DNA of 64,000 bases from Leucoraja erinacea (Eukaryota). A program made the translations under genes and the position numbers. Positions 12,185-23,454 of this stretch are shown here, piece after piece; position 1 is the stretch's first letter; every line of letters begins with the position of its first letter. The notes below the pieces were generated by a model, which saw only the letters and a program-made list of their open reading frames with translations, was not told where the DNA came from and searched no databases. The stretch is from contig NC_073409.1 of the NCBI RefSeq assembly GCF_028641065.1, positions 20,398,001 to 20,462,000 on the forward strand, read 5' to 3'.

Positions 12185-12196
12185 TGGGGGCTCGTT
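12185..12196 (+). other. Primer-binding site, tRNA-Pro type
   Basis: TGGGGGCTCGT(T) just after the LTR matches the tRNA-Pro PBS TGGGGGCTCGTCC. Confidence 0.8.
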
Positions 12197-12345
12197 CAAA
12201 CTTTTGAGTAAACCCTAGACGTTTTGTGTACTTTGATAGGCTTTGGTTGAGCAGTGGTAGTCTGTTTGTGTAATCATTTTTTCTTCTTTGTGGTTCTAGT
12301 AACCTGTTGTTTTGGCTATTTTGGTAGCATTTGTGAGCGGGAAAA

Positions 12346-13205
12346 ATGGAATTTAAGGTGGAAGAGTTTGTTGAGGCTCCTAGCCTAGAGATGTTTGATC
12401 GCTGTACTAAGGACAATTTAGTGTTGCTTGCAGATAACTATGGCGTTTCTATTAATAAACAAGCAAAAAAACAGTCAATTAAGACGTTGTTAAGGACTGC
12501 TTTGGTTGAGAAAGAGGTGTTGCCTGGTAGTACTGACAGTCATAAATCTCCTATACAGCTAGTTCAGAACATGGAGGTCGTCATTAAACTGAAGGAGATG
12601 GAGCTTGAGTCACAGAGAATGGCCTTAAAAGAGAAAGAGCTCATGCATGCTCATGATCTTGAAATGAAACGGCTTGAGCTTGAGGAGGAAACCAAAAGGG
12701 CTGAATTTCAGCTGCGGGAGAAAGAATGAGATATTTCCCATCTCTTCTAAAGAGCATGAGTTTGATGTGAGCAGAAATATTCGTTTGGTTCCACCATTCA
12801 GTGAAAAAGCTGTTGATAAATATTTCACGGTGTTTGAGCGTGTGGCTATATCACTGAAATGGCCTAAGGACGTCTGGACATTGCTGTTGCAATGCGTCCT
12901 TGTAGGTAAAGCGCGTGAGGTATATTCGTCATTGCCTGTAGACAATAGCCTTGACTATGAAATTGTAAAATCTGCCGTCCTCAGAGCGTATGTGTTGATT
13001 CCCGAAGCGTATGGCCAAAAATTCCGGCGTTTCAGAAAATATGATAACCAAACATATGTTGAATTTGCTGGCGAAAAGGAGGCTCTGTTTGAACGCTGGT
13101 GTGCTTCTCAGGGGGTAAAAGATTTTGCCCAGTTAAAGTCCTTGATGATATTGGAGGATTTTAAAAACTGTCTTCCTGAAAGAGTGACAACATATTTTAA
13201 TGAGC
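12346..13205 (+). pseudogene. gag: gag (SCAN-like capsid region), frameshifted near 12725 and truncated
   Basis: VPPFSEKAVDKYF..FERVA..LKWP..W..LLQ..L.GKA..Y...YE.VK.AVLRAY..IPEAY.QKFR, typical of Gmr1-type gag. Confidence 0.8.
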
Positions 13206-13206
13206 T

Positions 13207-13296
13207 GGAGTTTACAGTTGCAGGGCTACAATCTGGAGGTCAGGCATATCCGTGGCAGGGATAATGTCTTGGCTGACGCATTGTCGCGCCAGTGAT
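13207..13296 (+). pseudogene. pol RNase H C-terminal remnant
   Basis: Translates WSLQLQGYNLEVRHIRGRDNVLADALSRQ-stop, followed by the PPT and LTR. Confidence 0.75.
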
Positions 13297-13379
13297 GTCT
13301 GAACTACTAAATAGTTTCTGAAATTTGGCGGTGGTCTTATTTTATTTTCAGAAGCATATTCAGTAACTTAGGGTGGGGG

Positions 13380-13890
13380 TGTTATGCTCTCCTTCTGCTG
13401 GTGTTAATTATGTACTAACCTGTTTCTCTGATTTCCATTAGTACCTCCCGCTGCCTGGCTGCTCCTGTACCTGATTGGAGGCTCCTGGCCCAAGCTGCAT
13501 CACGTGAGCCTGATGATGGAGCCTCAGCTTAAAAAGACCATGCGCACTGGCAGTCTGTCTCTCTGTCTCTCTCTTCCCCCTCAGGCTGGTGGCAGCAGTC
13601 TGGTGTTGGTTTAGTTTGTTTGATTGCATAGTGTTCATTATGTAACTTTTCATTCTGTATTAACTTATTGTGCTTGGGAAGGATGGGATTGGCACTATTG
13701 TTTTCCTGGTTTTGTTTCGGGTTTATTTTCACACTGAGGCAGGTTAAGTCTCTGGTCCGACGGCCCATTGAGTGGTAAGCCAGAGCACCCTTTATCTTTT
13801 GTTTGCTAGCTCATCCAACCCCCCTTTGTTTGTTTGATCCAGGTTTAGTTCTTTTTGTTAGTGAAAAATAAATAATTTTTCCATTTGAAC
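13380..13890 (+). repeat. 3' LTR (last ~57 bp missing)
   Basis: Preceded by PPT AGGGTGGGGG; breaks off at CCATTTGAAC and joins UGT sequence. Confidence 0.85.
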
Positions 13891-13896
13891 TACACC

Positions 13897-15968
13897 ATGG
13901 GGATTTTTGAAAACAAAACTTGGTTAAATCAATTTGAAAATGCAAACTTTGACCTAATACAAATCCTGTATTTGGCATTGGGCCAATGCTTGAAAATTAT
14001 TTAAAAGTGCCGCTGGTGTACAACATGCGATGGCAGATCAGTGGGGAAGCCCATTTTCTCACTGCCCCGTCACCACTTTCCTACATCCCACTCCGGGGCT
14101 CACTTCTCACAGACAAAATGGATTTTCTCCAATGAACAGAAAATGGCTCTTTCAACATTTTAGTTTTTGATGTATCCACTTTATAATGAAATCTGCCATC
14201 GGTATCTGGGACCAGACATGGACATCAAGTCGATTCTCCTCAGAGCTGATGTGTGGCTGATGAGGGTGGATTTTGTGTTTGAATTCCCAAGACCCACCAT
14301 GCCAAACATTGTGTACATCGGAGGCTTCCAGTGTAAACCAGCACGGCCTCTGGAAGCAGAGTTTGAGGAGTTTGTCCAAAGCTCAGGGAAACATGGACTT
14401 GTTGTAATGTCATTGGGTTCCATTGTTGACTCTTTACCAATGGAGATTACAATGAAAATAGCAGAAGCTTTATCTCAAATCCCCCAGAAGGTTATCTGGA
14501 GATATGATGGTGAGACCCCTCCCAATATAGGGAATAATACACTGCTGGCAAAATGGATCCCTCAGAACGACCTGCTGGGTCACCCCAACACACGAGCCTT
14601 TGTTTCACATGGAGGCACCAATGGCATTTATGAAGCCATCTACAATGGGGTGCCAGTGATCGGCATGCCTCTGATTTTTGACCAGTTTGACAATTTACTC
14701 AAGCTCGAATCCCGAGGAGCAGCAAAAGTGATCAATGTTGCAACCATGCACTCCACAGTTCTGTTGCAGACACTCAACGAGGTGATAAATGGCGCATCTT
14801 ATGGGGACAACATGGAGAGACTCTCCGCTCTCCATCGGGACCAGCCAGAGTCGCCAATGGAGAGAGCCGTTTTCTGGGTTGAGTACGTTGCCCGACACAA
14901 GGGAGCGGGGCATTTGCGCTCAGAATCCCACCGACTCCCCTGGTACGCTTACTATTGTGTAGATGTGATGATCTTTCTGTTGTCTATGTTACTCAAGTTC
15001 AAGTGAGTTTATTGTCATGTGTCCCTGATAGGACAATGAAATTCTTGCTTTGCTTCAGCACACAGAACATAGTAGGCATTTACTACAAACCAGATCAGTG
15101 TGTCCATATATCATTGTATAAATATATACACACATGAATAAATAGACTGATGAAGTGCAAATAACAGATAATGGGTTATTAATGATCAGAGTTTTGTCTG
15201 ATCAGGTTTAATAGCCTGATGACTGTGGGGAAGTAGCTATTCCTGAACCTGGTTTTTGCAGTCTTCAGGCTCCTGTACCTCCTACCTGAAGGTAGCAGGG
15301 GAATTAGTGTGTGGCCAGGATGGTGTGGGTCTTTGATGATACTGCCAGCCTTTTTAAGGCAGCGACTGCGATAAATCCCGTTGATGGAAGGAAGGTCAGA
15401 GCCGATGATCGACTGGGCAATGTTTACTACTTTTGTAGTCTTTTCCTCTCCAGGGCGCTCAAGTTGCCGAACCAAGCCACGATGCAACCGGTCAGCATGC
15501 TCTCTACTGTGCACCTGTAGAAGTTGGAGAGAGTCCTCCTTGACAAACCGACTCTTCGTAATCTTCTGAGGAAGTAGAGGCGCTGATGTGCTTTCTTGAT
15601 GTTTGCATTAGTGTTCTTGGACCAAGAAAGATCTTCAGAGATGTGCACGCTCAGGAATTTGAAGCTCTTGACCCTTTCAACCATCGACCCGTTGATATAA
15701 ATGAGACTGTGGTTCCCCATCCTACTCCTTCCAAAGTCCACAATCAGTTCCTTGGTTTTGCTGGTGTTGAGGGCCAGGTTATTGTGCTGGCACCATATGG
15801 ACAGTTGCTCAATCTCTCTTCTATATTCTGACTCATCCCCATCAGTGATAAATCCCACAACAGTGGTGTCGTCAGCGAACTTGATGACTCCTGCTCACTG
15901 AGCTGCCGGTTGGAACACTGAAGAAACGTTGTCGTATTGTTTGTAGGAAAAAGCAAAAGACTGAGTGA
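13897..15968 (+). pseudogene. UGT5-like pseudogene (copy B)
   Basis: Lacks the first ~140 codons; frameshifts and an in-frame TGA (~14133); TM segment split by a Rex1 insertion, then resumes at 15887 to KKQKTE-stop at 15968. Confidence 0.9.
14995..15886 (-). mobile_element. Rex1/Babar LINE, 5'-truncated, inserted in UGT-B
   Basis: ORF 15427-15858 (KTKELIVDF, KKAHQRLYFLRRL, FYRCTVES..TGCI..WFGN); short CTTGAA tail; ACTC repeated at both junctions. Confidence 0.9.
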
Positions 15969-16904
15969 ATTTATTTCCCTTGGTATATTTTGTTCTTTCA
16001 AATTAATCAAATAACTTTTTTCATGCCTTTGATCCACGGAGTCTCCTTTCCACAAAACATGGGTTCAACATGTGCTAATAAAAGCCAGAAAGGTGAGTGA
16101 AATAATAACCTTTGTAATTGATATGCAGATGAAAAGTGTAAATAGCTGAATCTCATTTTCCTGAAGGCTTAAATTTACTGACAGTTATTCACAATGAAGT
16201 TACCTTCGTTTATCTGGGCACAAATCTTTATGATTCACTGACAGAGTGGACCTTTACTGCACTATTCCCTCTTCCAGTCAATCATGCCAACTCTCACTCT
16301 CAATCTGTCAGCATGTTTGCCTTCGTTCCAGTACCCCATTATTGTTATACAATATCATAGTGAGCCTCCTTTACACTTTAGATACAATGTAGAAACAGAC
16401 CCTTCGGCCCATTCAGTCTGCGCTGTCCAGCGATCACTCCACACACAAGATAGACACAAAACGCTGGAGTAACTCCGCGGGTCAGGCAGCACCACTGGAG
16501 AAAAAGATTGGGTGACGTTTCTAGTAAGAATCCTTCCCAGACCCCGTACACTAGCATTAACCTACACATTAGGGACAATATAAAATTCATAAAACAAACC
16601 TAATTAACCGACAAGCCTGTATTTGTAGGGTTCGAGGAAACCGGAGCACGTGGAGAAAACCGCATGACAGCGCACTCTCCACTCTTCACTCCACTCCATA
16701 ACCATTATGTGATGTGGTGACCAGAAATGTACACAACACTCTAAATGTGGCCAAGGCAAAGTGATATACAAAATGAATTGGAACTTTCTGTACTCAATGC
16801 CCCCACAGTATGCCGTCCTCACTACCCTCCCCACTCGTGTTGTTATATTCAGGATGTAATGGATTTGTAATCCAAGATCTCTCTGTTTCGCAGTGCCATT
16901 TACT

Positions 16905-17190
16905 GTTTAGTTTAGGTTTGAGATACCACGTGGATACGGGCCCGTCAGCCCACCGAGTCGACCAGCGATCTCCGCACACTAACACTAGCCTGCACATACT
17001 ATGGACAATTTACAATTTGCCTCCAAACCTGTACGTCTTTGGACTCTGGGAGGAAACCGGATCTCCCGGGGAGAGCTCACGCCGGTCACAGGGAGAACGT
17101 ACAAACTCCGTGCAGACAGCACGCACAGACAGGATTGATCCTGGGTCCCTGGCGCTGTAATCAGCAGCTCTACTGCTGTACCACCGTGCT
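16905..17190 (-). mobile_element. tRNA-derived SINE (HE1-like)
   Basis: TTTAG tail and reverse-complement body; paralogs at 24393-24655 and 30950-31130. Confidence 0.7.
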
Positions 17191-17429
17191 GTACCGTATA
17201 CAGGGATTTCCCGGGTTATGTAAGTGTTGGTCTAAAATACTCAGACTGCTCGGTTTGTAAACTGCCCTTTTTTGTGTTGTCTGCAAACTTACTAATCAAC
17301 CCACCAAATTATTTAATAACTCAAATCATTTATATACCCAAATCATTTATGGACCCTGTGGACCAGTGCCCTAGTCAAAACAAAAACTCATCCACCACTA
17401 CTCTCTACTGCCAAGCAGCGTTTGAATGT

Positions 17430-18800
17430 AAAGCCCATACAATCTCTGGATTGTTATGAAATACACCTGGTTCATTGATATTTTTATTAAGGAAATGTAA
17501 AAATCGCTTCATCAGTTTGTATTCCTGGAAGTCTGGGGTAACAGAGTCAGGAGGTTAAACTTTGTGTTGACTCCGAGGCAACAAGTCAACTGAATTTGTC
17601 CTTGATAAAAAAATATTGCCAACCAAAAATGTTATGCAGCTCGGAATGAAAACTAGACGTAGCAAAGCAAACATTACACAACCAAAGCTCTTCTGAGACC
17701 TTGTCCCCATCAACTGAAAATCGTTGATAATTTTGATTGAAATCTCAGCGACATTGGAGAGGAAATTTCCATCGAGATTGTATTTCGCAAATGAACTTTC
17801 ATACTTGCGGTTATTTTTTGACACATTTTGGGGGCGGGTCCATTGGTGTTGTATTTGTCCGTAAGTATTTTCCTGTGTTACTCGTGGGCAAGTGAGCTAG
17901 ATGTGAGGGGGCCGGAGTTTTGTTTTCTTGTGGGGACTGGAAGCGATCGCAGAGTCCCAGACTCAAGCGAAGGAGATTGTTTCATTGGTAATTCAGCAGC
18001 GGGTGAAGGCACTGCAGCCGCGGGTTCAAGTCCCATCGCAGTCACATCTTTCTGACATTCAGGTTACATCGAATTCACTGATACCCAAGGTATGGAAATT
18101 GAAAACATTTCCAAATTCTCCACCATCTCTGTGTTGTATCAATGCAGGCTTTCTATTTACAGTTTCGACAACGAATAGCCATATTGAAAATTATTTTTTC
18201 CTTTAACAAACTTGCCAAGAGCTTATTTTGTTTCATGCAACATTTGTTCTCATGTTTCCCCTCGTATCTCGGTTCATCACCAATGGTTTTCATACTGGAT
18301 ATTATCTAAACACATATATTTTGTATCCTCCATACACACACATTTCTACTCCCCAGATTTCACTCAATAGTCAATATTCCAAATTCAATATTCCATTCCC
18401 GGCCCATTTGATTGCTTTTGCTTTTACTTGCTTTAAACTGAAGCCCATGTTTTGTCTGAAGAAGTGTCTCGACCCGTTCCTTCTCTCCAGAGATCTTGCC
18501 TGGCCCGCTGAGATACTCCAGATTTTTGTGTCTATCCCATGTTTTGTTGTGGGCTTCGCATACACACTTGCGTTTGTTGCAGTGTTCGCCTGATCTCTGA
18601 GGAAGAATGAGAGCTGTTTTAACGATCCCGATGTTCGCTGACAAGGGTAATGCTGTTGTAAACTAGCTTAATCGCTAAACCACTTCATCCTACCGTGCTG
18701 AGGCCAGGCGCAGGCTCTTACAGTTCACTAATCCCATACAACTTGTTTCCTTCATATCCGTCCCCTTTGATGTCTTGTTTTCACACCTTACCGTTCTGTC
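17430..18800 (+). repeat. Conserved inter-UGT block, copy 2
   Basis: Reverse-complement match to 3010-4400. Confidence 0.85.
17830..18095 (+). promoter_or_regulatory. Candidate promoter + non-coding first exon for UGT-C (donor after 18089)
   Basis: GGGGGCGGG GC box at 17830, CpG-retaining stretch, CCCAAG|GTATGG donor. Confidence 0.45.
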
Positions 18801-18801
18801 G

Positions 18802-20900
18802 TTACAATAGACAATAGGTGCAGGAGTAGGCCATTCGGCCCTTCGAGCCAACATCCAGAGAACCTGCTTCCACCGCCCTCTGAGGCAGATAATTCCACAC
18901 ACTCACCTCTCTGTGAGAAAAAGTGTTTCCTCATCTCCATTCTAAATTGCTTACCCCTTATATTTAAACTGCGCCCCTGGTTCTGGACTCCCCCAACATC
19001 GGGAACATGTTTCCTGCCTCAAGCGTGTCCGAACCCTTAACAATCTTATATATTTCAATAAGATCTCCTCTCATCCTTCTAAACTCCAGAGTGTACAAGC
19101 CCAGCTGCTTCATTTTCTCAGCATGTGGCAGTCCTGCCATCCTGGGAATTAACCTTGTAAACCAATGCTGCACTCCCTCGATAACAAGAATGTCCTTCCT
19201 CAAATTAGGGGACCAAAACTGCACTCCAGGTGTGGTCTCACTAGGGCTCTGTACAACTGCAGAAGGACCTCTTTGCTCCTATAATCGACGCCACTTGTGA
19301 TAAAGGTCAACGTGACATTCGCTTTCGTCACTGCCTGCTGTACCTGCATGCTTCCATTCACAGACTGAAGAACAAGGACAGCCAGATCCCGTTGTACTTC
19401 CCCTTTTCCCAAATTGACACCATTTAGATAGTAATCTGCCTTCCTGTTTTTGCTACCAAAGTGGATAGCCTCACATTTATCCACATTAAACGTCATCTGC
19501 CATGCAACTGCCCACTCCCCTAACCTGTCCAAGTCACCCTGCATTCTCATAGCATCCTCCTCACATTTCACACTGCCACCCAGCTTTGTGTCATCTGCAA
19601 ATTTGCTCATGTTACTTTGAATCCCTTCATCCAAATCATTGATGTATATTGTAAGTAGTTGCGGTCCCAACACCGAGTTTTTGCGGTACCCCACTAGTCA
19701 CTGCCTGCCATTCTGAAAGGGACCCGTTAATCCCCACTCTGTTTCCTGTCTGCCAATCATTTTTCTATCCATGTCAGCACTCCACCCCGAATACCATGTG
19801 CCCTAATTTTTCCACTAATCTGCTATGTGGGACCTTATCAAATGCTTTCTGAAAGTCCAGGTACGTTACATCCACTGGCTCTCCCTTGTTCATTTTCCTA
19901 GTTACATCTTCAAAAAATTTCAGAAGATTAGTCAAGCATGATTTCCCCTTCATAAATCCATGCTAACTCGGACCAACCCTGTTACTGCTATTCAAATGTG
20001 CGGCTAATTCATCTTTTATAATTGACTCCAGCATCTTCCCCACCACCGATGTCAGGCTAACTGGTCTATAATTCCCTGTTTTCTCTCTCCCGCCCTTCTT
20101 AAATAGTGGGATAACATTAGCTACTCTCCAATCTACAGGAACTGATCCTGAGTCTATAGAACGTTGGAAAATTATCACCAATGCATCCACGATTTCTAGA
20201 GCCACTCCCTTAAGTACCCTGGGGCGCAGATCATCAGGCCCTGGGGATTTATCAGTCTTCGGTCCCATCAGTCTGCCCAACACCATTTCCTGCCTAATGT
20301 GGGTTTCCTTCAGTTCCTCTGTCACTCCAGCTCCTCTGGCCACTACTATATCAGGAAGATTGTGTCCTCCTTTGTGAAGAAGGATCCAAAGTATCTGTTC
20401 AACTCGTCCGCCATTTCCTTGATCCCCATAATAAATTCACCCTTTTCGGTCTTCAAGGGTTCAACTTTGGTCTAAACTAGTTTTTTTTTTCTCTTCACAT
20501 ACCTAAAGAAGCTTTCACTATCCTCCTTTATATTCTTCGCTAGCTTACCTTCGTACCTCATCTTTTCTCCCCGTATTGTCGTTTTGGTTATCTTCTGTTG
20601 CTCTTTAAACGTTATCCAATCCGCTGGCTTCCTGCTCATCTTTGCTATGTTGTACTTCTTCTGTTTTATTTTTATACTGTCCTTGACTTCCTTTGTCAGC
20701 CACGGTCGCCCCTTACTCCCCGTGGAATCTTTCCTCCTCCTAAGAATGAACTGATCCTGCACCTTCTGTATTGTTCTTAGAAACACCTGCCATTTTTGTT
20801 CCACTGTCATGCGTGCTAGCGTATCTTTCCAGTCAAATTTGGCCAGCTTCGCCCTCATGCCCCATAGTCCCCTTTATTCAACTGTAACACTGACACCTCC
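18802..20900 (-). mobile_element. CR1 LINE, 5'-truncated and degraded
   Basis: ORFs 20472-20858, 19963-20343, 19200-19694 and 18964-19224 give ORF2 motifs (KSPGPD, NYRPVSLTSV, KFADDTKL); CAATAGA tail. Confidence 0.92.
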
Positions 20901-21104
20901 GAGCTACCCTTCTCCATCTCCTCTTTTTTGCATACCTCTATTTCATTTGTTCTACATCTCTCTACATCACCATCTATATCTCATTTCTCCCTCTCCACTC
21001 TCAGTCTTAAGAAGGGTCTCGACCCGGAAACGTCACCCATTCCGTCTCTCCAGAGATGCTGCCTGTCCCGCTGTGTTACACCAGCATTTTGTGTCTGTGT
21101 TCAT

Positions 21105-21740
21105 CCGATAATCCACAAACAGGACAGACCTGGCAGACCCATTGTTTTTGCCTGCACCGGCCCCATAAACCTCATCTCCAAATTCCACAATTCAGGGGCA
21201 GCACGGTGGCGCAGTACTAGAGGCCTGGGTTTGATGCTGACTACAGGTGCTGTCTGTACGGAGTTTGTACGTTCTCCCCGTGACTACCAAACTCTCCACA
21301 GACGTGCAGGTTTGTAGGTTAATTGGCATCTGTAAAATGTGAATTGTGCAAAGTGATCACTGGGCTGCGCAGCCTCGGTGGACTGATGGACCTGTTTCCA
21401 CGCTGTCTCTCAAAAGTTTAAAATCCTTTTGCACTCTCAAGAGGTCCAGCTACACCTGTTATGTGTGTTGGTTATGTCAAACAGTCCGTGAACCAAGCGT
21501 ACACTGGCACCATCCCCCCAACTGTTTCTCCACATTGACGACAGCTGCCTGCACCACCCGTGCCAAACTCTTTCATTTCATCAAAATCACCACGAGGGGG
21601 ACACAGTATCCACTGACGTCTACAACATACCCACTAACCCCCACTCTTTCATTTCATCAAAATCACCACGAGGGGGACACAGTATCCACTGACGTCTACA
21701 ACATACCCACTAACCCCCACAATTATCGAGACTACACCCT
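21105..21740 (+). mobile_element. Penelope-like RT relic interrupted by a SINE (21195-21415)
   Basis: IHKQDRPGRPIV (PLE LPKIHK..PGRPIVS motif), YTGTIPQLFLHIDD, STDVYNIPTNPHNY. Confidence 0.7.
21567..21718 (+). repeat. 76-bp direct tandem duplication
   Basis: ACTCTTTCATTTCATCAAAATC...CTAACCCCC occurs twice; single in the paralog at ~36437. Confidence 0.9.
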
Positions 21741-21787
21741 TGAGATAATCCAGTATTTAGTTTTCCTTTTTGCCAATGTTTGTCACT

Positions 21788-21817
21788 TACCAACATTTCT
21801 GGTCAATTCTACCACAG
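21788..21817 (+). promoter_or_regulatory. Branch point + 3' splice acceptor for UGT-C
   Basis: TACCAAC...CTACCACAG|GATC, 26 nt before the ATG. Confidence 0.65.
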
Positions 21818-21843
21818 GATCAGTGTGATCATCTTTCCTCAAC

Positions 21844-23454
21844 ATGGGTGGTCTTGGATGGAGAAGCAGATCAAATGTCATATTTATTCTCGGTATCATC
21901 TTCGCCCTGTCTTGTCCAATTACCCAAGCAGCTAGAATATTGGTCGTGCCTGTTGATGGAAGTCACTGGATCAACATGAAAATTCTAATGGAAGAGCTGA
22001 ACCTTCGTGGCCACAACATGACTGTGCTTTGTTACTCCGCAAACTGGTACAAAGAGAGACCCGATCTGTATCAAACCATCATAGTTCAAGCACAAGAAAA
22101 CATTGAAGCACCTTCAAGGAAAGAAACGATGGACAAGTTTTTGGTAATGTCGCTGGACAGGTTACAGAATAGTCACACACTATGGGGCAACATAATGTTA
22201 CAAATTTTAATGGTTACATTTACGTACAATGTACAGAGAATTTATCAAAATTTCAACATGGCGATTTTTGAAAACAAAACCTTGTTGAATCAATTTGAAA
22301 ATGCAAACTTTGACCTAATACTCACAGATCCTATATTTGGTACCGGGCCAATGCTTGCGTATTATTTAAAAGTGCCGCTGGTGTACAACGTTCGATGGCA
22401 GATGAATGGGGAAGCCCATTTTCTCACTGCCCCGTCACCACTTTCCTACGTCCCACTCCAGAACTCACGGCTCACAGACAAAATGGATTTTCTCCAAAGA
22501 ACTGAAAATGTAATTCACAGTGTAGTTCAACACTTGCTTTCAGAATTTTTGATATTCCCACTTTATAATGGAATCTGCCATCGGTATCTGGGACCAGACA
22601 CGGACATCAAGTCGATTCTCCTCAGAGCTGATGTGTGGCTGATGAGGGTGGATTTTGTGTTTGAATTCCCAAGACCCACCATGCCAAACATTGTGTACAT
22701 CGGAGGCTTCCAGTGTAAACCAGCACGGCCTCTGGCAGCAGAGTTTGAGGAGTTTGTCCAAAGCTCAGGTAAACATGGACTTGTTGTAATGTCATTGGGG
22801 ACCTTTATCCACTCTTTACCAATGGAGATTACAATGAAAATAGCAGAAGCTTTATCTCAAATCCCTCAGAAGGTTATCTGGAAATATGATGGTGAGACCC
22901 CTCCCAAGATAGGGAATAATACACTGCTGGCAAAATGGATCCCTCAGAACGACCTGCTGGGTCACCCCAACACACGAGCCTTTGTTTCACACGGAGGCGC
23001 CAATGGGATTTATGAAGCCATCTACCATGGGGTGCCAGTGATCGGCATGCCTCTGCTTTTTGACCAGTTTGATAATTTACTCAAGCTCGAATCCCGAGGA
23101 GCAGCAAAAGTGATCAACATTGCAACCGTGCATTCTACAGATCTGTTGCAGGCACTCAACGAGGTGATAAACGACGCATCTTATGGGGACAACATGAAGA
23201 GACTCTCCGCTCTCCATCGGGACCAGCCAGAGTCGCCAATGGAGAGAGCCGTTTTCTGGGTTGAGTACGTTGCCCGACACAAAGGAGCAGGGCATTTGCG
23301 CTCAGAATCCCACCGACTCCCCTGGTACGCTTACTATTGTGTAGATGTGATGATCTTTCTGTTGTCTGTGTTACTCCTGCTCACTGTGTTGGTGGTTGGA
23401 ACACTGAAGAAACTTTGTCGTATTGTTTGTGGGAAAAAGCAAAAGACGGAGTGA
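21844..23454 (+). CDS. ugt5: UDP-glucuronosyltransferase, UGT5-like, single coding exon (copy C, 536 aa)
   Basis: Intact ORF with signal peptide, DGSHW, UDPGT signature, TM helix and KKQKTE. Confidence 0.95.
   Translation: MGGLGWRSRSNVIFILGIIFALSCPITQAARILVVPVDGSHWINMKILMEELNLRGHNMTVLCYSANWYKERPDLYQTIIVQAQENIEAPSRKETMDKFLVMSLDRLQNSHTLWGNIMLQILMVTFTYNVQRIYQNFNMAIFENKTLLNQFENANFDLILTDPIFGTGPMLAYYLKVPLVYNVRWQMNGEAHFLTAPSPLSYVPLQNSRLTDKMDFLQRTENVIHSVVQHLLSEFLIFPLYNGICHRYLGPDTDIKSILLRADVWLMRVDFVFEFPRPTMPNIVYIGGFQCKPARPLAAEFEEFVQSSGKHGLVVMSLGTFIHSLPMEITMKIAEALSQIPQKVIWKYDGETPPKIGNNTLLAKWIPQNDLLGHPNTRAFVSHGGANGIYEAIYHGVPVIGMPLLFDQFDNLLKLESRGAAKVINIATVHSTDLLQALNEVINDASYGDNMKRLSALHRDQPESPMERAVFWVEYVARHKGAGHLRSESHRLPWYAYYCVDVMIFLLSVLLLLTVLVVGTLKKLCRIVCGKKQKTE

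Larger units (their letters stand above)
11612..13890 (+). mobile_element. Gmr1-like Ty3/Gypsy LTR retrotransposon, internally deleted
   Basis: Two similar LTRs (11612-12178, TG..TAACA; 13380-13890, 3'-truncated), PBS, gag, RNase H tail and purine-rich PPT. Confidence 0.88.
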
